Source: Candidatus Hydrogenedentota bacterium
Lineage (GTDB): Bacteria; Hydrogenedentota; Hydrogenedentia; Hydrogenedentales; SLHB01
Length of the DNA stretch: 64,000 bases
NCBI GenBank assembly: GCA_045863295.1
Contig: BTWA01000012.1
Coordinates: 86,633-150,632, forward strand
Direction of reading: 5' to 3'
Shown here: in pieces, positions 57,130 through 64,000 of the stretch
Numbering within the stretch: the stretch's first letter is position 1
How the letters are laid out: every line of letters begins with the position of its first letter
Made by a program: the position numbers and the translations under genes
The notes under the pieces: model-generated
The model's database searches: none
What the model saw: the letters and a program-made list of their open reading frames with translations, nothing else
What the model was told of the DNA's origin: nothing

Positions 57130-57402
57130 ATGGTATCCAGGGTACACGTCATCGTTCGCGGAAGGGTACAAGGCGTCGGGTTTCGGCTCTCCGCGTATCA
57201 AGAGGCCGTCCGGCTGGGCCTGACCGGATGGGTGCGTAACCGCGCGGATGGCTGCGTCGAGGCGGAGATTGAGGGCGACAGCGGCGCCGTGGAAAACATG
57301 CTCGCTTGGTGTTCCCATGGACCGCCCCATGCCGATGTCGAATCCATCGAGGTGGATCCGATGTCCGGCCCGCCGGAATATGTGGACTTTTCGATTCGCT
57401 GA
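57130..57402 (+). CDS. acyP: Acylphosphatase
   Basis: 'VRGRVQGVGFR', 'LTGWVRNRADG.VE', 'GPPHADV'. Confidence 0.95.
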   Translation: MVSRVHVIVRGRVQGVGFRLSAYQEAVRLGLTGWVRNRADGCVEAEIEGDSGAVENMLAWCSHGPPHADVESIEVDPMSGPPEYVDFSIR

Positions 57403-57413
57403 TCGAATCACAA

Positions 57414-58250
57414 TCAAGGGGCGAGTCCCTGTTCGCGGAGAAACTGTACCATCGCCGCGAACACACGCCTGCGCTCGCGCACGTAGACATAATCAAATCC
57501 GTGAAAGCCGTTCTTAACCGGCACAAGCTGGGTCTTCGCGCCGACGCGCGTAAGCGCGTCGAATAGCCGCTTCGATTGGGCAAAAGGGACTATGTGGTCC
57601 CACGTGCCATGCACCAGCAACATGGGGCGGCATCCATTTTTGATCCAGGGAATGACGGAAACGGCCGAGTATTGCGAGGCGAGCGTTTCCCCGAAGTGCC
57701 GTCCGCCGAAGGATTTGAAATAGCGTTTGATGAGAATACCGCGTAGTCCCGGGCGCGGCTCCTCCAGAAACTGTTCAGTGGCCGTGGGTCCATACAGCAC
57801 GACGGCCGCCTTCACAGCGGTGTCCGCCGGTTCCAGCGTGCCATTGGTACAAGGGCGAGCCGCCAGCATGGCCGCCAGATGCCCCCCCGCCGATGCGCCG
57901 AAAGCTGCAATGCGCGCCGTGTCCACGCCAAACCGGCCGGCATTCCGCACGAACCAAGCGTGCGCCGCGCGGCAGTCATCTACGCAGTAGGGAAATGCGA
58001 ATCGCGGCATAAGCCGGTATTCAAAGGTCATCACCACGTAACCGGCTCGCGCGAACGACCGGCAAAACCATGCCTGCTGGTATCGCGAGCCGAACATCCA
58101 AGCCCCGCCGTGCATGACCAGCATTCCCGGACGGGCCGGTTCCCTGGGCGTGTCAGGCTCATATACCGTCGCCACCAAAGAAAACCCTTCCGGGCGCGCA
58201 AATTCGATGCCCCGGTGAGCCTTGTAACCTTTATGTCGTGTCACGATCAT
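57414..58250 (-). CDS. Alpha/beta hydrolase (HSL/BD-FAE-like esterase)
   Basis: HGGAW oxyanion motif, GASAGG nucleophile, 'HGTWD', 'HGF' catalytic His. Confidence 0.9.
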   Translation of the reverse strand: MIVTRHKGYKAHRGIEFARPEGFSLVATVYEPDTPREPARPGMLVMHGGAWMFGSRYQQAWFCRSFARAGYVVMTFEYRLMPRFAFPYCVDDCRAAHAWFVRNAGRFGVDTARIAAFGASAGGHLAAMLAARPCTNGTLEPADTAVKAAVVLYGPTATEQFLEEPRPGLRGILIKRYFKSFGGRHFGETLASQYSAVSVIPWIKNGCRPMLLVHGTWDHIVPFAQSKRLFDALTRVGAKTQLVPVKNGFHGFDYVYVRERRRVFAAMVQFLREQGLAP

Positions 58251-58367
58251 TGTTCATGGTTGCACGGCACGCGTGTGCCGGGCAAACCCATGGCCGGTTT
58301 CCGGCGATGCGGATCATTTGGTACACTGCGTGCAACAACTCTACGGCGATTGGAGCAAGGCATTTCC

Positions 58368-59321
58368 ATGGATTACAGCCGCCGTTCGGGACGCATCTCG
58401 AACTTTGTCATTGCACTCCTCCTATTTAATGTCCTGCTTGTTGCAGTCATTATCGGATTACTGGCCGGCAGCGGGTTTCTCGACCGCTTTTTGCCGGGCA
58501 AAGGGGGCGAGGGCACGTCCGTGGCCTCGTCGCCTCCACAACAGGCAAGCCCTGCGCGTGATCCGGCACCCGAATCCGAACCAGAAAAGGCGCCATCAGA
58601 CACGCGCCCGGCTGAACCCAATGTTGCCTCCCGCCCCATGGAATCCCATGCGGATACCGTGGGCGAGGCCGCGAATTCTTTGATCACGCCGCCTCCGCCG
58701 CCAGAGGGTGCGAACCAATCCGGCGCGGATGCGGCCACACCCGTGACCGCCGAAGGCGCCGTGCCAATGCTCGCGGATGGATCCAGCCCCCTCACTCGGA
58801 TACAACCCGGCATGACCTACAACGCGGTTGTGCAATTGCTTGGACGGCAGGGAACACTCGATGCAAACACGCAGGGGCTTGCCTACCATCCCATAGGGTG
58901 GTTTCGGTACCGGTGGAGTGATTCCGACGGCGGCGTTGTCTTGTCGCTATTCACGCCGGACGCATTCCTGATGCATGTCGAAGCATCGGGGATCAAGAAC
59001 ATGGAGCAATTGACGGACCAGCCGGGATTCAAGATACCGAAATGGCTGAACGACAATTTTCGGGAAGCCAATCTTCCGGTGAGAGCTGTTAATGCCGCAC
59101 TGGCCGGACAACAGACTGCTCTCGTGTACCAGTCGCAATTGGTCAACGAGGCCGGTCAGTTTGTGGGTACCGTAAACGGAACCTTGTACGTGGGCGACGG
59201 GGCGACCACCGTGGTGCCGGGCGACCAGCGGCCTTACCGGTACGCCATGGACGGGGCCTATCAGTTCTATATGCAGAACGGCGTTCGGGACGAGCGTTCG
59301 TTCGCGCTGGTGGAGTACTGA
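58368..59321 (+). CDS. Membrane-anchored hypothetical protein (TM, Pro/Ala linker, globular domain)
   Basis: ATG 58368; single TM; 'IQPGMTYNAVVQLLG' resembles BamE/DUF3862-type small alpha-beta repeats. Confidence 0.65.
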   Translation: MDYSRRSGRISNFVIALLLFNVLLVAVIIGLLAGSGFLDRFLPGKGGEGTSVASSPPQQASPARDPAPESEPEKAPSDTRPAEPNVASRPMESHADTVGEAANSLITPPPPPEGANQSGADAATPVTAEGAVPMLADGSSPLTRIQPGMTYNAVVQLLGRQGTLDANTQGLAYHPIGWFRYRWSDSDGGVVLSLFTPDAFLMHVEASGIKNMEQLTDQPGFKIPKWLNDNFREANLPVRAVNAALAGQQTALVYQSQLVNEAGQFVGTVNGTLYVGDGATTVVPGDQRPYRYAMDGAYQFYMQNGVRDERSFALVEY

Positions 59322-59325
59322 AGCA

Positions 59326-60138
59326 TTAGACGCCCGCGGCGTAATTGTGCGATTTCCAGTCTATGAGGCGCGTGTCGAAGACTGGTCCGTCCAGGCATAC
59401 GCGCACCATCTTTTCCCCTTCGGTTTCGCGCGTGGACTCCACCACGCAGCCGAGGCAAGCGCCATCGCCGCATGCCATCTGCGCCTCCAGGGACAAGTGG
59501 CAATCCGCGCCGCGGGACACCGCCGCATCAGCCGTGGTTTTCATCATAACCATGGGGCCGCACGCGTACACCCGGGAATCGGGGCCGGGAGCAAGTTTGA
59601 GCAGCATCTGCGAGGCGAACATTTTCTCCCCGGCCGAGCCGTCGTCGGTGGCGATGTGCACCTTGCACCCCATGGCCCGGAAATCTTCATCGCACAGTAT
59701 GAAGTCCTTCGTGCGCGCGGCGATGATGACTTCCGGCGTCACTCCCAGAGTTTTGATAATGGCTTCGGCCAACGCCGGAAACGTGGCCACGCCAATGCCG
59801 CCGGCAACAATGATGTGCCGCGCGAAACCGCCATCCAAGGTGAATCCGTTGCCCAGCGGGCCTTGCACGTGAACGGTCTGGCCGGGCACCATGCGGGAAA
59901 GCAACCGGGTGCCTTCGCCTTCCACTTTGTAGAGGATGTTGAAGGAATCCTCGAAGATACGTTCAAAACACATGGGCCGTCGCAGGAACGGATAGAGGCC
60001 CTCGGCGACTTGCAGCATGCAAAACTGCCCGGCGATCGCGTTGCCTGCAATCTCGGGCCCATGCAGCCGCATGCGGAACTGGCCGGCGGCCACTTCGTCG
60101 TTGTTCAGGACGGGACAATCGAGTAGATAACGCTTCAT
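59326..60138 (-). CDS. pyrK: Dihydroorotate dehydrogenase electron transfer subunit
   Basis: 'GQFCML', 'LRRP', 'GPLGNGF', 'AGGIG', 'TDDGS', 'ACGP', [2Fe-2S] motif 'MACGDGACLGC...C'. Confidence 0.92.
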   Translation of the reverse strand: MKRYLLDCPVLNNDEVAAGQFRMRLHGPEIAGNAIAGQFCMLQVAEGLYPFLRRPMCFERIFEDSFNILYKVEGEGTRLLSRMVPGQTVHVQGPLGNGFTLDGGFARHIIVAGGIGVATFPALAEAIIKTLGVTPEVIIAARTKDFILCDEDFRAMGCKVHIATDDGSAGEKMFASQMLLKLAPGPDSRVYACGPMVMMKTTADAAVSRGADCHLSLEAQMACGDGACLGCVVESTRETEGEKMVRVCLDGPVFDTRLIDWKSHNYAAGV

Positions 60139-60156
60139 GATCAGTGGAATTCCCGC

Positions 60157-61320
60157 CTATCGCCGGCCGCGATCGAGGGCCAACTGGCTGAGCAGGCTGT
60201 TCAGGCTGAGCCGGACGCGTTCCGCCATGACTTCGCCCACGCCCTCGACTTCCACCAGTTCCTCTTTTGGCGCACGAATAATCTGCTGCAACGAACCGAA
60301 CTTGTGTACGAGCGCCTCGATCATCTGCGGCGTCAGGCGGCGGGTCTGCGTGAGCACCCGGTAGCCTCGCGGGGACAAGTACGTGTCGATGCTCTTGAGA
60401 TTGGGTCCATACCCGAGCGCCTGACTGATATTGCCGAGGTTGATGAGTTCGTCCTGAGGGATTTCGTCGAGCTTTTCCTGAACAAGGTCCAGCGAGGAAG
60501 TCTTGGATCGGAAATAGTCCTTGACGACCAGGTCCCCTTCTTCAAGGGGGGTAATCAGTTCCTGCAATTGCATTCGAATCAGCCGTCCTTCGACGCCTAG
60601 TTCGAGAATGTAAGGTTCGATTTCCTTTACAACCCGCTCGACCATCACTGTGCGCTGTACCGCCTTGCACACGTCAAATATAGTTACCACGTCTTCGAAT
60701 TCGCGCGCGGTGAGGTCCGCAAGGGCCTGTTCGAGGATTCGGATATATTTTTCAAGGGTATTCAATGCCTGACCCGCCTTGTTCAGGAGGGTGGCGATAC
60801 TGTCCAACGCATGTTTTTGATCGTGTACATACAAAGTGACGCTCGATCGCCTTTCCGAAAGGCAAACCACCGTACACGGGGCTTGTTTTGCAAACCTCTC
60901 CGCCGCGCGGTGCCGTGTTCCGGTTTCATGGCACACAATCGATGAATCCGGTTTCAGGAACCGGTTTGCATACATGATCTTATGGCACTCTTCGTCGAGG
61001 ATGATTGCCCCGTCCATCTTGGAAAGTTCGTACAGAAGTTGAGGCGTGAAGTTGGCATTGATCGCCACCCCGCCTTCGGACAGATCGGCTAGCCGCTTAG
61101 GGGTGCCGATGCAGATGAGAGCGCCATTGCCCGCCTGGAGAATCGCAGCGATAGCTTCTCGAAGCCGGGTGCCGGGGGACACCATTTTCAAGGCTTCCAT
61201 CAAGACCGCTTGACGTTCTTCCTGCTTCTTTTTTCCCCGGGCCTTGGGGATGGTGGCAACCTGTTTCTTGGGTGCTTTTTTGTCTTTTGAGGTGGATTGG
61301 CTCTCGCTACTGTCGACCAT
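60157..61320 (-). CDS. disA: DNA integrity scanning diadenylate cyclase
   Basis: 'PGTRLR', 'LYELSKMDGA', 'ETGTRHR' (DGA and RHR catalytic motifs), linker domain, C-terminal HhH 'VEGVGE'. GAAGGA RBS and ATG 61320. Confidence 0.93.
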   Translation of the reverse strand: MVDSSESQSTSKDKKAPKKQVATIPKARGKKKQEERQAVLMEALKMVSPGTRLREAIAAILQAGNGALICIGTPKRLADLSEGGVAINANFTPQLLYELSKMDGAIILDEECHKIMYANRFLKPDSSIVCHETGTRHRAAERFAKQAPCTVVCLSERRSSVTLYVHDQKHALDSIATLLNKAGQALNTLEKYIRILEQALADLTAREFEDVVTIFDVCKAVQRTVMVERVVKEIEPYILELGVEGRLIRMQLQELITPLEEGDLVVKDYFRSKTSSLDLVQEKLDEIPQDELINLGNISQALGYGPNLKSIDTYLSPRGYRVLTQTRRLTPQMIEALVHKFGSLQQIIRAPKEELVEVEGVGEVMAERVRLSLNSLLSQLALDRGRR

Positions 61321-61915
61321 CGGCAGTCCTTCACGTTCCATAGATGCGGCGGCTGGTGTGTCCCGATGGTAACACGGCGAAGCGGGCGATTGCGACATGG
61401 GCACGGCTTTTCATGGCTGGTTGCGGTTTGTGGCGACACGTGCCCTTAATACGCCGTTCCGGATACAGGTTGCATGGCGAGTCATTCGCAGACTTCCTCC
61501 ACTTATTGGTCAAGCGTGTTGCATTCGCATCCGGAACCGAGTGAGAGCGACGGCAGGCGACTTCACGTCCGAATGTAGGAAATGCAAGGGGTGCAGACGC
61601 GATTTTTGGCGATACAAGGGGGGGTAGGGGGCACGCCCGGCGGTAGTGGAGAGACAGGGGGGGGCGGGCTGTCGTGTTCCTAATCAATGGATGCACTGTC
61701 TTTGTGTCCATCGTTGACGCGCGGTTGCAACGCACTTCGGGAGCGGGTTCCCAAGTAGAATGTGCCGGGGAAAGCGGGCGTCGATGACCCCTATAGTTTG
61801 GGGTTTTTGTTGCATTCTCTTAGTGGATTGAAACAAGGGTATATGATGGATTTGCACGGTTTGCGCATTTGGGGGATGGGGCGGAAATGATCGGGGCGGC
61901 GGGGACTGAACGCGT

Positions 61916-61943
61916 CCACAGATTACACCGATGTACACAGATT
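61916..61943 (+). repeat. Short 9-10-bp tandem repeat (CACAGATTA-like)
   Basis: CCACAGATTA-CACCGATGTA-CACAGATT. Confidence 0.45.
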
Positions 61944-62066
61944 CTAAGAGAATACTCTTTGATATGCAGGCCCGGCCTTGCGCGGGTGTTTACTTTGCAG
62001 TCAAGACGAAGAGGAGGCCATTCTGGTCATCTGGCGTGGCATGGAGGACTGAGTACAGTGTCAGTA

Positions 62067-62353
62067 GTCAGAAACCCTGCCACAACGAGTCAGCGATCAT
62101 GTTGTCTCCGTCATCGTACGTATAGTCATTCTCGCCCGTGATGTTCGCGGACTGGACACGGTCGGCGCTGATGAGCCGGTTTCGGCCGTCGTACTCATAT
62201 TCCCAGCATACCCCATCCTCGTGGTCGATGCGCTCGATGTTCCCACCGTCGGTCAGGGTGTACTCAAAACTCTGCTTGGTGGCCGCGCCGTCCAACTCGT
62301 TAAGAGGAGACCTGCCGGTCGCTATGCGTGACAGGGTCGGAAACCCTGTCACA
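62067..62353. repeat. 18-bp direct repeats, one embedded in a REP-like palindrome
   Basis: GTCAGAAACCCTGCCACA (62067-62084) vs GTCGGAAACCCTGTCACA (62336-62353), 16/18 identical; perfect hairpin GTGACAGGGT-CGGAA-ACCCTGTCAC at 62328-62352. Confidence 0.7.
62090..62305 (-). pseudogene. Orphan Rhs/YD-repeat fragment
   Basis: 'FEYTLTDGGNI..WEYEYDGRNRLISA..YTYDDGDNM'; no core motif and no toxin tip. Confidence 0.75.
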
Positions 62354-62362
62354 TGAGGTCAA

Positions 62363-62983
62363 TTAATGGCCCATATATGTATCGATACACATTTCAATCT
62401 GGCAAATACCTTCAGGAAGATTTTCGAGTCCCAATACTTGAATGGAAAACTCACCCATAATTAGATCCTCCCGATTTTGACATGCGCCGAACGGATAGTA
62501 CAGACAAATACTTTCCTCTTTACTACCCAACCTTACATACCAAGGAAAGCCTCGGCCCTCTTCTCCTCCTAAACTCTTTCTGTAGTAAATCAGTTTCGGG
62601 TCTTCTATGGAATCATACATCTTCGAAAAATTGTAGTTGTCCAGAATCGTCCAAAGATCGTCCCTTACCGACTTGGTAAATTCTATGCCATCTGATTTCT
62701 TAAAGCGAGGATCAATCTCAATTCTGGAGTCAAACGTCACGGGATGCTCGCTTAAATGTGCCATGATTTCTTCAATTTGATTAGTGGGACACTTTATCGC
62801 TAGGTATGGAAGATAGCTGCCTTTGGGAAGCGCAAATCTTAAATTCGCGGCGGAATGGCCGCTGCACAATTCGACGGTCGTGCCAATGCCGTGAGGTTTC
62901 TGCTCACAAGCGACTAGAGTTATCAAACTACAAGCCAGCCACAGGCAGGTCCTAATATTGATAACTGCAGATGAACGATTCAT
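62363..62983 (-). CDS. Lipoprotein, probable immunity protein for the Rhs toxin
   Basis: AAGGA RBS and ATG 62983; lipobox 'ITLVAC'; directly downstream of the Rhs gene; visibly AT-richer than the rest of the window. Confidence 0.7.
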   Translation of the reverse strand: MNRSSAVINIRTCLWLACSLITLVACEQKPHGIGTTVELCSGHSAANLRFALPKGSYLPYLAIKCPTNQIEEIMAHLSEHPVTFDSRIEIDPRFKKSDGIEFTKSVRDDLWTILDNYNFSKMYDSIEDPKLIYYRKSLGGEEGRGFPWYVRLGSKEESICLYYPFGACQNREDLIMGEFSIQVLGLENLPEGICQIEMCIDTYMGH

Positions 62984-63035
62984 CGTTAGAGTCGGTTCCT
63001 TGAATAATGGTTGTGTTACAGATAGATTCAAATGT

Positions 63036-64000
63036 TTACTTCTCGAAGATATTGAAGTCTGGATCCCACACAGGCTTGTCCAAGCAGCAATCTCGAGCTG
63101 CGTTACCACACTGATGTTGACAGTTATTGAAAGCAGGGCTGTAATCGCCAATCGTCCTGCTATTCTTCAAGCACTGCCATTTCTCCGCACAAGTTGCTAA
63201 CATGCATGATTTGTTGCCCATTCGACCAGTACTACGGTGCTTCATGTGCTTACATTCGCATTTGTCATGGACAGTTGGCTTGGCCTCGGGAGCCATTTCC
63301 CCACCTGCATCACGATGCGGCGCCAAAGTTTCGGTGTGGTAGCGAAAGTATTGGTGAGAAAACACATCCTTGTTAACGATCCAGCCAGGCCTGAGGTACC
63401 AATCAGCCAACGGTCGCCTGCAGAGCTTAATTGGGCACCCGGGTGCACTTCCAGACAGGCCACCGAATTGGTCGTATGAATTGACAGGATCGTTTTTGGA
63501 ATAGTTGAACAAATTGGGGCCATCTGCGTAACTGAATGGATCGCGGGTCAACCACCTGCTCAACTTGGGATCGTAGTATCTGTAGAATGTATAATAATGC
63601 CCAGATGCTGTTTTCATATCATGACTGGTGAAGAGACGCGATTCAACAATGCCACCTTGATAGGACACGCGCCCGTAAGGATCATAATCAAGGTCCGCAA
63701 TTGCGTTCTTGCCTGAATTGCTCAAGAGCCTGGTCGAACCAAGTATGTCATGGTGAAAATAGTAATATGTACCTTCTTTCATTTTTGCCAGCGTGCCTGC
63801 AATATACGTAGACAGAAGGTTGCCGGTATTATCTTCTTCATTAAGCAGCGACAACCCTGAATCCCATCGATACTTCGTAATATCTGATCCGATGGTTGTC
63901 TTTCGTCGATTCTTGTCTCCGCCATACTCATACGTCACCTCGCCCTCGCCGGGGAAGTCGCTGTCGACGTTGTAGAGCATGCTTCCGTAGCGGTAGGCGT
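63036..64000 (-). CDS. RHS repeat-associated core protein with Cys-rich C-terminal toxin domain (partial, starts beyond window)
   Basis: 'YYYFHHDILGSTR', 'YDPYG', 'RYYDPKLSRWLTRDP...NLFNY..NDPVNSYDQFG' core, then an about 140-aa tip; frame open to the window end. Confidence 0.92.
   Translation of the reverse strand, partial: AYRYGSMLYNVDSDFPGEGEVTYEYGGDKNRRKTTIGSDITKYRWDSGLSLLNEEDNTGNLLSTYIAGTLAKMKEGTYYYFHHDILGSTRLLSNSGKNAIADLDYDPYGRVSYQGGIVESRLFTSHDMKTASGHYYTFYRYYDPKLSRWLTRDPFSYADGPNLFNYSKNDPVNSYDQFGGLSGSAPGCPIKLCRRPLADWYLRPGWIVNKDVFSHQYFRYHTETLAPHRDAGGEMAPEAKPTVHDKCECKHMKHRSTGRMGNKSCMLATCAEKWQCLKNSRTIGDYSPAFNNCQHQCGNAARDCCLDKPVWDPDFNIFEK

Noticed and set aside
57879..58367. Long N-terminal extensions in the ORF track (also 12713, 26207, 27004, 47393, 47993, 63151)
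   Set aside because: They overlap neighbouring genes; RBS and homology indicate downstream starts.
61321..62040. c-di-AMP (ydaO) riboswitch or tRNA upstream of disA
   Set aside because: No ydaO consensus and no cloverleaf/T-loop motif visible.

Overview
GC-rich bacterial chromosome segment, densely coding (about 50 CDS), with no rRNA, tRNA, CRISPR array or intact transposase that I can recognise. The lineage is not determinable from the sequence. The gene content (PKD/BACON lipoproteins with a PqaA-like module, a PSCyt/DUF1553-DUF1501 pair, Tat and lipoprotein export) suggests a diderm from the PVC/Acidobacteria/Hydrogenedentes-type range; this is inference. Housekeeping genes: ltaE, thiL, nnrD, an rlmD-like methyltransferase, a SMUG1-type UDG, pyrD-pyrF-pyrE, pyrK, acyP, an ABC-F ATPase and disA. 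Highlights: (1) a Tat-exported PaoABC/XDH-type molybdoenzyme operon whose FAD subunit lacks most [4Fe-4S] cysteines, followed by a 65-aa Cys-rich protein, a DUF1326-like protein and another secreted protein, with divergent xdhC-mocA; (2) a PAPS sulfotransferase divergent from a flippase-like/sulfatase-fold fusion with Thr at the nucleophile position; (3) a soluble Hanks kinase fused to an intact tandem MshEN c-di-GMP-binding motif; (4) a deletion joining a 6-PAS sensor kinase at its H-box to the back half of a sigma54 activator, upstream of an MCP with a sigma54 promoter; (5) a GH4 protein with several catalytic residues substituted, in an operon behind a promoter and a multi-stem leader; (6) an Rhs toxin with a Cys-rich, permuted papain-like tip, a lipoprotein immunity candidate and an orphan Rhs fragment bounded by REP-like repeats. 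Many start codons were moved downstream of the ORF track using RBS and homology cues. No database searches were run; family assignments come from motif recognition.
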